DNA from: Azolla caroliniana
Lineage: Eukaryota; Plantae; Polypodiophyta
Length of the DNA stretch: 64,000 nucleotides
Reading direction: 5' to 3'
Assembly (NCBI GenBank): GCA_043228905.1
Contig: JBHGNT010000018.1
Coordinates: 3,720,001 to 3,784,000, forward strand
The notes beneath the pieces were generated by a model that saw nothing but the letters and a program-made list of their open reading frames with translations, did not search any database and was not told the DNA's origin. A program made the translations under genes and the position numbers. Numbering within the stretch: the stretch's first letter is position 1; each line of letters begins with the position of its first letter. Of this stretch, positions 26,801 through 39,080 are shown in pieces.

Positions 26801-27069
26801 TTGATATGTTCATTGGGTCCCATAGATCAATTTTGGCCTCGTCATGGACGATAAAACATCAATTCTATTCTATGGCATATTGTAGGCTGAGAGTAGGGCA
26901 ACCCCAATACTGGATTATACCAATCATTCTTTGAAATAAAAACTGGCATTTATGTTGTCTGATTGGTTGGCAAAACTAGGATATACTCATTCTTGGAGTT
27001 CGTATGCTGAAATGTCATAAGAGTTCTAACATACTTTGAAATTCACAGCAATTGGACTTAACTAGCAAT

Positions 27070-27555
27070 TCAGGAGTGTCAAATACAAATCGTTTCAAAC
27101 CAAATTGTTTGAAAATTTTGAAACTTAAACTGAACCAAAGCAAACCACTAAAATCTCTAAACCAAAACTATTTAAACTGAAACCCGTCAAACCATAGAGT
27201 TTAAGGGATTTCCAAGCTCAAACCAAACAATTTGAGAAGTCCACAATTCCATTTTGGTTCGAACTGAATTATTGACAATTGTACACTCAATTTTCAAAAT
27301 TTCAAGCAAGGGTTATTTTTTAAAAACGAGCAAAAAACAAAGTTTCACATATTACATCATCAATAAACTTAATTAATTTATTAAATAAATATTTCAAAAA
27401 TGTTATTAAAAACCAGTAACCTAATAAAAGCTTAAACCAAACCAAACCTTGATACCCCCAAGCCTAACTAAACCCTAACCAAATTAGATTGTACCAGTTA
27501 AACTGCTAAATTGTTAAGCTATAGAATTGCAATTTGGTTTGGCTCAAATTGAACC
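27070..27555. mobile_element. Degenerate AAACC-rich MITE/hAT-like remnant
   Basis: Numerous AAACC/AAACT motifs and a closing TTTGGTTTGG; no clear TSD. Confidence 0.35.
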
Positions 27556-27639
27556 TTTCCCAATGGAAAATAATAGATTGATCTGACATGATATCATCAA
27601 AATACCTCTCTCTGGGAAGGAAAATAACCTAGGATAAGG

Positions 27640-27750
27640 CTCTATTTTTACGAGTGATACAATAAGCCTTATTTTTCCACGTGTCACACGATTGATTTTA
27701 TCAGTAAGTCTTATTTTTACATGCGTCATATGATTGATTTTATGAATAAG
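27640..27750 (+). repeat. ~42-bp imperfect tandem repeat, probably part of an old LTR extending to ~28450
   Basis: AATAAGCCTTATTTTT...GATTGATTTTAT units; GATCAACGATGTTTGGAAAA also occurs twice, near 27869 and 27919. Confidence 0.5.
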
Positions 27751-30700
27751 CCCTCTTATATGGATACATAACAATCTCAAGTGCTTCTAAGTGTGATAGA
27801 GTTGACAATAGACCTCTTCACATCAATTAGAGATTGAAAAAGGAAAATATGAATGCAAAGCTATGGAAGATCAACGATGTTTGGAAAATATGAACTAGAT
27901 AAGGTAATGAAATACCGAGATCAACGATGTTTGGAAAAGTTCATGGCAAAAATCAGGAGACAGAGAGAAGAGTTGTTGGACAAAACCAGAACCACAAAAA
28001 GTCATATCAACAAAGAGGTCTCAAAACTTTCTTTAGCTCCATTACTCGTCAAGATACAAGTCAATCAAGCTCTACACTTGTATAGTCTAGAGCAATAGAA
28101 ACTTTTCATGCATGTAGGACAAGTCTATCTCGACCAGATCCCATTTGTTACAAAAGAATGACTACCATTATAACTGAACATCAAAGGTGCTTTCCTCGTT
28201 TTAGAAAACCAACATCTTATGATTAGCCCATGTTAGATATCTATCCACGACATTAGTTTCAATCCAAGTGCTTAGTTATCACGATTATCTAGTACCTTAG
28301 GGAGTTTCCTAATTTAGCTATATTTGTTTTGGTTCGTTGTTCACGAAGATGAGGCAACATTTAAGATGTAATCTCTTGTTTAGTCTCATTGGTCCTTTCA
28401 GCATTTTCAAAAGTGTTAGCTTTTCTTTCTGTCTCGCTCTCTAAATGAAATTAGGACTATATATACTAAAATACACCATAAATTTTCAGAGTTAAAAGCC
28501 ACTCCAAATTATCCCGCCTCAGAATTTTGGTTGTTTAGTTATAAATCATGACATAAAACTTGGCTTGTTGGTATAGTCTCAGGTTCATGTCGAAATTACG
28601 CTTAATGCTAAAGGTTTGAAATACCTTTTTTGTCAACCCTTTCTTCTTCAAAAGTTTTTCCCGCCTTAAGAGTTCCTCTCCATGTCAGACCAATCCATAT
28701 TGAAAATCGCAAAAGTTTGATTCTATCTGAGTCGAGAATTGACAAAATAAAAAACGGGATCAAGTTAGTGTGGATTATACCATGGAAAATCCACAAAAAA
28801 ATCCCAAAAGGTTAAAAAAAAGGCAAACACATGTTAAACTAAAGAAGAGTCATCATTTAGACAAAAGAAAGCTCACCAAAATACTTGGCAAGTACAAAAA
28901 AACCCTCTCATTGGAACTCACTCAATGATATAATCAAGTGGGGTTTAGAGAAGAGGTTATAGTGAGTTATTCCTATAGGAGTGTTGCTATAATCTTGCGA
29001 GTCGCAATAATTGCCTTGCCATGATACTTCAGTTGTAATGGACATCTTATTACAATAGATCACTTACTATCTTCGAATATGGTTTCCTACTCAAACACTT
29101 GGTACATTGTTTTGGCCATTTGGGTGGACAAATTGAGCTCGTCCAAGCATTCTCCATATTTTTTTGCATGGAGTAGATATTGGGCTTTGCTTACAATATA
29201 ACTATAATGGAATCAACTATACTATAGTCAACTATGTCTAGCTTATATCAAAATTTTGGGTTTTCCAATCAAGAAAACCATTAAGAAAGGAAATATCATC
29301 TAACCTCTCCTCTATATGTCTTAAACTTAATACCTTAAAACTCTATTTAATGTAACACTTATTCCAAGGTTTTCCGAATTGATCCTAAACGTTTCCTCAA
29401 AACTTTGTATGTTTTCTATACAAGAATCTACCTCTCCCTAGTCTATAGTAAATGACCAATAACTCTTGTCATGCATGTATACCCCATATAAAATATGTTT
29501 GTATGTGAATCTATACCTTGTGTCATCGGGATATCTTATGTGTCAATATTGTGTACTAGGATCACAATTTTGTGTTATTCAGACTATGCTTCCTGCATAT
29601 GCAGTTAATCTCAAATTATTGTAAGAATGATGTCCATGAATTGTCTGTCAACTTGTGCAAGAACAATAGAATTAATCTCTGAGATTGCAGAAATACTGTC
29701 AAATAATATGGTTCATGCGTTTCAACCTGCTTTTCCATATTCATCTGAATTGAGAAATTGATAGAAAATGAAGAAAATCACAATGATACTTTTATCAAAA
29801 TCCTGCTGGCTGGGCATTGAAACATGGAACATTTCTCTCTTAGACAAAGGAGAAAGATGAGCTAGGGGTTCAACTAGAGAGGGAACCATATTGACATTAG
29901 TCATGGGCTATGTGGTATAACTGCAAATATTTTTTATGGGCTACTTCCAATGACCAGTCCAAGATGTTGTGTAAATTATGTTTTAAGAGACTCAAAGAAG
30001 ACAAGCATACCATGAAAGAGGTCACATAAACTCAACTTATTATTGAGAGACTAGGGACGATTTACATTTGCAATGTATGATTTTGGAAGACTGTGATAAT
30101 ATTGCCAACAATGAGGGTGCATCGACCAATGCATCGACCAATGGTGAGAATACTGCATACATGAGGCATGCTCCATGCGAGGCCATCACATTCTTTGCAT
30201 TTATAGTTCTCACCAGGAAATGTCTCAAAGTTCATAGGAATCGAAAATTGAATTTTGAAAATTCAGAAGGATCATGCAAGAGGACAATATAAATCTTCTC
30301 GCCATAATTTGCAAATCTAGCAAAAAAAAGCTTCTCTTGTCACCTTATTTTTATCTGTCAAGTCACAAAGGTTAATGGATACATCAGAAATATCCTCTTT
30401 TTTGAAATTAACTTCTCTTTTCCCTTTCATTATGTAGACAATTACTATCCACATGAAGGAGGTTGAGAATGAAACCACTTTTGGGGTACTCCCATAACCT
30501 TACCATCTTCTTAGAAATGGTGCCAATGACTTCAACAACATTATTGATTACCTCAACAATTTTTTAGCCAATAAGGAAAGACTCACCTATGGAAACCCCA
30601 AACTTTTCATTGGCGAATATACAATGAGCTTTTCCATAGAATGAATTATTGAACCAGATACATGACACAATGAAGCCATCCATCCATTGAATGATCTATG

Positions 30701-33349
30701 GTTTATGGTTGGGCCAATCATCCATGATTGTGTAATTTGATTCTAGATAAGTTTATTGCCAAAATGCAAATCCGAACCAGAAAAATTTTGTTAGATGATA
30801 TTATGGCAAGTTCTTTCTGCCCCCAACTTCGAGTCCTTGTAGTACAAAGATAAACTCCATGTATTAACCAAATTCCAAACACCCAAGTCTCTTTAGGATC
30901 CTAAATCTAATAGGATCCCCATAGTTTCATTGGCCCAAATTGCTCTAGAGATAATATACCAATAGTTTAGACTAAAGAAATCACCCCTAAATTCCACAAT
31001 GTGTAGTTTGTTCTGTCATGCTTGCCCTCAAAAGCAATGACAGTCATAACATTGACTCACGTGTGGGTCTAATTCCCCTACCACTTATTCATGCCATATA
31101 GTTCACTTAACTAAGCACTCATTATCATACTCTTAATTGCCACCACCTTTGCTCAAATCTCCTACTCCAACCTCTCGTTTTCTAACAAATGCACAACCTC
31201 TATATATTTCATACCATGTTACTAATGCATGGAAATAAGAGATTATATGAAATAGAGAGTCGAAGCATGACTACAAGATAAAGATGGTACAATACAACGG
31301 GGGTGCTCATGTACTCCTACACGACCAAGATATAGATACAGGTTCATGGCTTGAAGTGAACGTGAACAACCTTTCCTCTCTCAATTATCATTCCCAATTT
31401 ACATAACATTGCCAACCCTAATTCAGTTGTTGCATTAACTTTTCAATTATTTACCCTGTTGACAACAATCAAAGTGGGAATCTGCCCTTGTTTGTACATT
31501 GGCATCTTCAACCAAGTATATCAAGTAATTTTGAAAATTAAACAAGTATACTTTTTAAAATTTTAATGTATATAGATCAATTACCGTAATTCTCCCAATC
31601 ACAATGTAAGTTATAATAAAGGGAGGGCGAGAGATAATAGAATGAAATGAAGTAGCTACTTTCTATGAAAATCATAATGTGACAATAAGTTACACAATAT
31701 GACAATAGAATGAAATGAAGAAGCTACTTTCGATGAAAATCATAAAATTGCCATCTTTAGTTATAGTTATTCGAGAAACATTGTCATATCTATTGACATA
31801 ATTCTTGTATGTAACTATGATTGAAACTCCATAATAAAGATTTCTCATATGCGGTCACATTGATAATTGAGCATTTAATTGTGGCATGCGATATTCTTAT
31901 CCAATTGGACTTTACCGTTCAAGCTTAAGTTAATTCTTTCAAGATTCACAGTTTATATATCTTGGCTATATCTTTTATATGTCCATGTAGTGAACCCTAA
32001 ACATTGTACATTTTAGTATTATATGGAACCAAATCTATTCACGAAAGAAAGCAGTTGTGCATAAAGACATCACCTTACTTAAACCAGTTTCAATAGCTGT
32101 GACATCAATTTCAATCGCTTTCTTCAGTGGTGAAGCATGCGTTTTGGAAACCTTAAAGTTAACGGTTGTAGTTGTCTCGAGTAAAGGGTCACATGTTTGT
32201 TGTTTTCATTACTATTGAGTCTTCTTATTTTTGACGGAAACCATGCAAACTAGCAATTTCTCCCTAAAACAATGGCTTTACACCCAAAGATTGAAAACAA
32301 AGGAAACATTAATAAATGTTTATCAAACAATAATTAAAACAAGGTGGCTATCATATTAAAAAACTTAACAAAAACATTTTATGCCTACAACTAAAGAATA
32401 ACAATGTGCTATTAATAAGAACTAAAAAAACACTTTACGCGTTTACGAAAATGATTTCCCGCTTAAATAAGACACACTCTAAATCATAATATCGAGCCAT
32501 TGCTTTATTAAATTTACATAGTGAACTAATTCATAACAATGCACACAAGCACATCACACACACATAGACGTGGATACAAATAATGTATATTATTGGTGGC
32601 TATGTTGATTAAAATTGCCCAATTTACCAAGAGATCAACCTTTTCCTAGTGAAAGAACATATCATTTCCAATAATGGGCATAAATCATTATGGAATCTAT
32701 AAACGCAAGTTTATAGAAATCCTCAGGCAATTTATATAACAATCACTCCAATGTGCTACAAAGTCATAAATATGTAGCAACAAAGTCGTCGATATGTGGT
32801 GGGACAAGAGTCGGATGCACATGTAAGGAATTAAAATCTTAAGAAATAAAAATAATTTATAAGTCAATGGCAAACATGTCTTATATATCAAATGTAGTTT
32901 TGAATAGGCTCGGTATTCACTAAATGTAAACCCTTTGTATTAAATGAGTTCATTTAATTATTCCATATGTAGCACCATTTAGTATGTAAAATGTATATGA
33001 AAGGGCTTCAAAAACCTCTTATATAAAATGTGTGTTATCGTTACATACAACCCTAGAGTGAATAGTTTAATCTCAAAAAAAAGGTATCTAAATGTCCAAT
33101 ATCAAAAGGTTATGGATAAATATAATTTCACCTTGCATTGTTAAATATGGATTACGTATCGACACAAAGGGATATTTAATCCCATATTACTAGATTATCA
33201 AATAGGTGAAGCTTTACAAAGCATTAAGTCAAACAACTGTAAAGAGGTTCTCATGACATGTCATATAAAATGTGAAATGGTACCTGTTTTCTATTGTTTT
33301 TTAGCACAAATTGGTGGAGTAGTGTCGCACATCGTGTCATTAACTCTGT

Positions 33350-33768
33350 CTAGATATTATCGTCAAGAGGTGGCAATGAGAATATGTTGTAGGTAGAACT
33401 TCGCCTCCTAATTTCTTTCATGATTCTTAATGCGGCCAAAGTACTACTATAGATATTATTAACATCCTCAGGATTTGGAAAAGTCGTGTTCGCCTTTTTA
33501 TGGGCATCCTCAGGCTCAAGCTTCTGCTTTGCATCATCAATCAAATCTACATCCGTAGCAATATTTGGTTGACGCAAGAGTGTTGGTTCACTTGTTGAGA
33601 TGGTTGAATTAAGAGAAACAAGTAGTTGCAAATTCATCTCACACTCATGTACAAGCCTAGACAAAAGCTCGGTAGTAAAAAAAGGTTGACGAAGAACGTT
33701 GTTAATATAAGGCATCCGAAGATGAACACCGGTCCGCTTGTCATGTTTCTTTAGAATCTTCACCAACC
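33350..33768 (-). CDS. SPX: SPX protein exon 3 (spliced protein 310 aa)
   Basis: TAG|GG acceptor; GLVKILKKHDKRTG...QPFFTTELL..LV.ECE...STLAALR.MKEIRR.SSTY..FSLPPL; TAG stop at 33350-33352. Confidence 0.93.
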
Positions 33769-33885
33769 CTATATAAAACATGTGGGGATATGGCTCAAAT
33801 GTTCCTTCCAATATCTCTAACAACGGTGTTTCAATGTAAGACACCTTCTAGAGTACGATTACATGAACGTAAAAGGAAGCCTTAC

Positions 33886-34051
33886 CAATGTAGTTTAGAG
33901 AGCTATAGTTTTCTAAAAGGACCATTTCCCCATGGAAATTTACGATGTCTCTTGTTATGTTCATCATTTCCTCATTCAAGTTTCCCTGGGAATTTAGCGG
34001 CATGCCTTTTCCACACTTCTTTCTAATTGTTTCGCACCTTTCCTTCAATTC
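33886..34051 (-). CDS. SPX: SPX protein exon 2
   Basis: TTCAG| acceptor; ELKER...IVNFHGEMVLLENYSSLNYI; G|GTAAG donor, phase 1. Confidence 0.95.
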
Positions 34052-34980
34052 CTGAAAGGTTAAAAACCAAGAGAACTTGATTCAATGCATTAGAGAGAGT
34101 GCCTCTTGTTCCAATCTACTTACTATCTTTTCATTATACATACATCTCCTTGGTATCCACCAATTGCTATCAAACACATAATTTGTCACTTATCTCGTTT
34201 CTAACTACATATCTAAAGTATTGTGGAGGGTAGCAAATATTCTATTGCTCATGTCATCGATTTTTATATGAAAAAGTGCTTCCTTTGTGAATAATCATGT
34301 CTTCAAAATTACTATGATTTCAATAAAGAGTTCATTTGTGAGCAAATATAGGAAAATTATTCCTGCCAACAAATATTTATTTTGATTACGATTATAATAA
34401 CTAATATAGTACTTTTTAGAGTGAAAGTTTGGTAGCACAAGGTTTTGTAAATAACTCACATGATATTATTTATAAATAATGATCACTAAGAGAAGATGTG
34501 TTTTACAAAAGGGCATCTTTAAATGTCCACTACATAAAGCAAAAGGGATGTTTCGAAGTTATTTCTATTTGCAACTAAAGAACTATGAACAACAATGATA
34601 ATAGAGGAAAGAAGAATAGACTCGATGTTTCCATGACAACTCTTAGTGTATAATGTGAAGACATATATAGGTTTTCTAACATAATGTTGATTTCACCTCA
34701 AGTAATGTTATTGACATGTGACATGAGAAAACGTTCTAAGTTCTCTCATCAATATTCACAACTTGGCCAAAGTACTTTCGCCTGAAATGTGGGCATTGTC
34801 ATCTTATCAAGAACCTAATCTCTCCTTTGATCAAATTATAAATAAACAAAATGTATATATTCTTATTATACTCATCTACTAGGAGACACATCCAAGAAAG
34901 TAAATGGAAACATTCATCCACTTGTCAAGTTTGTTTAGCATCTCAATGTCTACAAAATCGTGTAGAATAATCATATATTA

Positions 34981-35090
34981 ATGTAAAAGAATGACTTAAA
35001 TAGAGCTTATCTAAGAGCTATAGTTTTGTAAGTGGGTGCTTTTGTGGCATGGAAATTTACAAATTCAAGTGCTTCCCTAGAATTTAGGGC
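34981..35090 (-). pseudogene. Decayed duplicate of SPX exon 2 and its donor region inside intron 1
   Basis: Shares AGAGCTATAGTTTT, CATGGAAATTTAC and ATTCAAGT..TTCCCT.GAATTTAG with 33868-34000, in the same order and orientation. Confidence 0.7.
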
Positions 35091-35099
35091 TCTCCTCCT

Positions 35100-36171
35100 A
35101 TATCATAGTCGCAATTGCCTCATCAAGTGTGGGAATTTCAGCCTTGGCTAGAAGAAATGCCCTTCTTTAATTGAACGACGGTTTAAAATGTTTCAAAAAT
35201 TGCATGGTTCTCCTTTGAGCAAAAGCCTCCCTGCTCTTACATTGAGGATCATTGCACTCTGTCACAGGTGAGAAATGATCATAGACAATCCATAAACGTT
35301 CTAGCCCTATGGGATACTCCTAAATCGTCCTATCTCCCTACCAAATAGCACATGTCTCCTGCTCAATTTGAATTTCTCCAAAATATCCTTCACATTTTGA
35401 ATTTCATCAACAATGGTGGCAATTAATGGAACCATGGAGTTGAGAAGCCAAGTATACAAAGATGTGTGGGTAGCTCTCCATTCTTTCCACTCACTACTCA
35501 TTTGAACAAGAGGTTCTTTCTCTTCTCCTGTCAAATAGTCAAGACTTCTCCCTGCGAAGGCCCCCATAATCCGATGCGACCAACTCAAGCACATGGTTGG
35601 TCCATCGAGTTTGAGGTTAATTAGAAGGAGTTCAAGTCTAGGTGGTGGTTGTGTTCTTGTCATACCTCCAGATGCTACAATCTCAGCCCGCTTCATGTAT
35701 TTCACCAATGTTTTCACCTCATCCTTGTTCAATTTTGACAACACCTAATCCATCGTTTGAATATAGACCATCTCTTCTCTTCTCTTTGACTTCTTTTCTC
35801 AAGTCATCTCTCAATCACATAGCATTTTCATCCTAATGGGAGAAGCCACCCCTTCCTCTCTTGGATGTTATGATGGTGCTGTTTTGATCATTGTCGCACC
35901 ATTAGAGGGGCGGATCTAGGGTTTGGGAAAGCTGCATGGGACTAACAAGCATCAACCTCACTCCAATACCAAATTGCAAAATGAACATTTTCCTTTCATT
36001 TATTCTCAAGAGTATACATATATGTTACAATAGGAGAGAGAGAATACAGAGACCGCTTATCTTACGTAAGCATGAGAAGGCTCCTCATTACAAAGGCCAA
36101 GATATGGTCATTGGGCTAACTAGCTATTGGGGCTGCCAGCCATTGGGCTACAACTCTAATCACTCTCAACA
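35100..36171 (-). mobile_element. Truncated Copia element (5' LTR, degenerate PBS, gag) in SPX intron 1
   Basis: Gag ORF 35307-35744 (LKLDGP..LSWS...YLTGE..EP...W...YTWLLNSM); degenerate PBS CTCCAATACCA at ~35961-35971; LTR-like stretch ending CTCTCAACA at ~36171. Confidence 0.7.
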
Positions 36172-37132
36172 AATTTCAACAATTTTTATATTTCATTAAT
36201 TGCGACATTTAAATGATGTTGTTTTCATGGTTTAAACCCACAAATTTGATGAATGGAAGACCAATTTTAAATGTTACATAAGGTTTTACGTTGAGGTTTG
36301 ATGTGCAATAAAGAAAACTTGTATATTTCACATTGAAAATGTGTATATATAGCTATGCATAACGAGTCCAATCAAGTTTGAGATGAGAAAAATTAGTGCA
36401 ATGTGAATTACTTTGCAAGGAAATGGAAAAAACATCTAAAATGGTTTTTCTTGCAAATGTGTGGTATATATTGCATAGAGACAAACGGATGCACAAATGG
36501 ATGGTTGTCACATAGAATGGCACAATGGAGAAGACCGAGATTTAAATTATCAACAAAGCACCAAATTGTGATTGCAACTTAGGGTTGGATACAATGAGAG
36601 CTCTCGCTCATGTATAAGCAAAAGCAGACTTAGTGAAGGCCAATTCTAGAAGGCACTCTTAAGGTTGGTATATTTAAATATGTTGTTAGACCCAACAACG
36701 TCTAAGCCCTCTACCACATTCAATGAACCTCCCTTTCCATTGACCACACATGTGGTGGAAGACTTTGGCACTTGTTCCCACCTAGAAAATACGGTTTGAG
36801 ATCAACTATGCATTGGGCCCTACTTTAGATCTACTACTTCATTTTAACATTTCGTAGGACCTTAGAATGTATATTGTCTAGTCTAGACGTCATCTCGCAT
36901 CAAGATTGATACGTGCAAGTTGGCTCTTGTTGAAAGAAATATTCAATTCACGACATTTGGTCGTTGGATTAAAAATCAAAATCGATTTTCTTTTCACCAA
37001 GGGAATGAAGTGAATATGACCCTTTCATATTATTGCCTTCACCGTCATCAACCATTAAGTCGAGCATGAGGCATTCTTGTGGTAATGAAATTCATGATGA
37101 AATAGAAACTCGCAAGGATCAATAACACTATT

Positions 37133-37330
37133 GGATCTACTGAGTCTGAGTTTCTTGGTTTTAGGAAAAGTACCATGGTAAATACAAAACACGTTGTTAT
37201 GGATCTATTGAGTTGTGTTTCTTGGTTTTACGAAGTACCATGGTAAATACAAAACACATCACTATGGATTGATTGAGTTGGGTTTCTTGGTTTTAGGAAG
37301 GACCATGGTAAATACATTAAAACACATCAC
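37133..37330. repeat. Three ~66-bp tandem copies in SPX intron 1
   Basis: GGAT..TGAGT..GTTTCTTGGTTTTA.GAA..ACCATGGTAAATAC..AAACAC repeated three times. Confidence 0.85.
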
Positions 37331-37666
37331 ACCAATAACTATGGTATGGATCTAGAGTCACACAACCCACTCTCGAGCATCAAGTGTATGATAGATACAC
37401 TTTAGGGCGTGCTTTGCCGTCCTTGATATGACCATGTTGATCAATCCGATAACATGATAGCAAAGAAATTTGCTGGAATAACTATAGATCTAGGGCAAGC
37501 AAAAAGCAATTGACACTTATAAGTTCATGTTGCCATCATCATCATCATTCATGCCCAACCATTCGTCTTCCGGATTATATGAATTCTACGGGAGCATTAA
37601 TGCGAAACATTGTCACAATAATGGGAAGGTATGGCATCCCATGGATCGATGGAAATCGGTGTCAAT

Positions 37667-38047
37667 GCGATAGAAATTTCGGGGCGAAAATTTTGAGCCA
37701 CAAATGATGGGTTCCGCAATTAAACAAGATCAGAAAAAATAAATTATGGTAATGGCATGATTAGCAGGAGGTATAATTAATTAATTACCAGCCTTCAACA
37801 AAAAAACCGGATGTAATTATGCTATTCAAGATTGTGCAAACCACGCGATAGAAATTTCGGGGGCAAAAAATATTTGATATTTTTCTTTCGGAGCCTCAAA
37901 TGATGGGTTCCACAATTAAACAAGATCAGAAAAAAAAATTCAATTATTCTAATGGCATGATTAGCAGGAGGTATAATTAATTAATTACCAGTCTTAAACA
38001 AAAAAATAAAACCAATGTAATTATGCTATTAAAGATTGTGCAAAACA
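37667..38047. repeat. ~180-200-bp tandem duplication in SPX intron 1
   Basis: GCGATAGAAATTTCGGGG...TAATGGCATGATTAGCAGGAGGTATAATTAATTAATTACCAG...AAGATTGTGCAAA occurs twice. Confidence 0.85.
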
Positions 38048-38124
38048 CGGATCGATTATTATTACTACTATTATGTATTATGTATTGTGGCATCAAATTG
38101 AAGGTAAAAACTGATATCCCAATT

Positions 38125-38151
38125 GAAGAAGAAGAAGAAGAAGAAGAAGAA
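38125..38151 (+). repeat. (GAA)9 microsatellite
   Basis: Direct reading of the sequence. Confidence 0.9.
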
Positions 38152-38199
38152 GATAATGGTAACTCCATGGACAGATTAGGGTTGGATTGAGAGGAATAC

Positions 38200-38547
38200 C
38201 TGGAGACGGATCACATACTCTTCCTCCTTATCCACGAAGAAGGCGTTAAGTTTGTCCAATTCCAGATTGAGGAAGTCCACGAACTCGCAGCTCTCTCCGC
38301 ATCTAGGGTTCCTGACATCGCCATTCTCTTCATTGCTTCTTAACTGGGTACTGGATACTGCTGCACCCATGGCACCACGGAATGCAGGAGAAGAAGAAGA
38401 TGATGAGGAGGACGAATAAGAATAAGGTTCTGAAGAATTATTTGTGGCGACCAGTGTCTTCTTGAGGTGTTTGTAGGACAGGTATTTGTCTCTCCATGTG
38501 GGCAGCGTTTCCTGCAGGTGGCTATGGAGTCGCTTCCCAAACTTCAT
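38200..38547 (-). CDS. SPX: SPX domain-only phosphate-sensing protein, exon 1
   Basis: MKFGKRL...WRDKYLSYKHLKK...FLNLELDKLNAFFVDKEEEYVIRLQ; CAG|GTA donor; 116 codons. An in-frame alternative ATG lies at 38550. Confidence 0.95.
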
Positions 38548-38702
38548 CATAAGATGATGATAGATGATTAGTTATTGCAATTAGGAGGGGCTAATCACTT
38601 AATTAGGAGCCCTAATCACCTACTTAGGAGCCCTAATCACCCAATTAGAAAGGAGGAGCGGGGGAATGATAAGATGAGGACAGATTTGGATCTTTCGGGG
38701 AT

Positions 38703-39012
38703 GGATATTCTCTTTCTCTATGGAAGGCATTGGTTGTAGCCATGGAGGAATATTCTTCTGGGCAAGACCGAATCTCAGAGGGAATATTCCTCCATTCTGG
38801 TTTGACATATCAATAAAATACAAACATCCAAAAAAGCAAAAAGCAACAAAAAGAGAGAGAAAGAAAGCCTTAATGTTTTTATGTTTTAACCCATCCACAT
38901 GGTCACCAAAAAACATACATATGGATATATGTATGGATGTACATATATGCTTTCGCACGGAAATGCCTCGTGAGATGTTCTGGGCTCAGAAAACTGTAAA
39001 TCTTGAATATGC
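38703..39012. promoter_or_regulatory. Cluster of four P1BS (PHR1-binding, GNATATNC) sites upstream of SPX
   Basis: GGATATTC 38703-38710, GAATATTC 38748-38755, GAATATTC 38782-38789, GAATATGC 39005-39012. SPX genes are established PHR targets. Confidence 0.8.
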
Positions 39013-39080
39013 CCAATATGTGTATGTATATATGCATTGAGGTAAAAGGGCCTAATTCATTGCGATTGCTCTATTAAACT

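Noticed and set aside
38758-38790. Partial similarity to a miR399 site (CTGGGCAA...ATCTC) upstream of SPX
   Set aside because: The seed-pairing part (CTTTGGCA) is absent and the match is on the non-mRNA strand.
38620-38958. 112-aa minus-strand ORF upstream of SPX as a regulatory uORF
   Set aside because: The TSS is unknown, no motif is recognisable, and the ORF overlaps promoter elements; it cannot be supported without conservation data.
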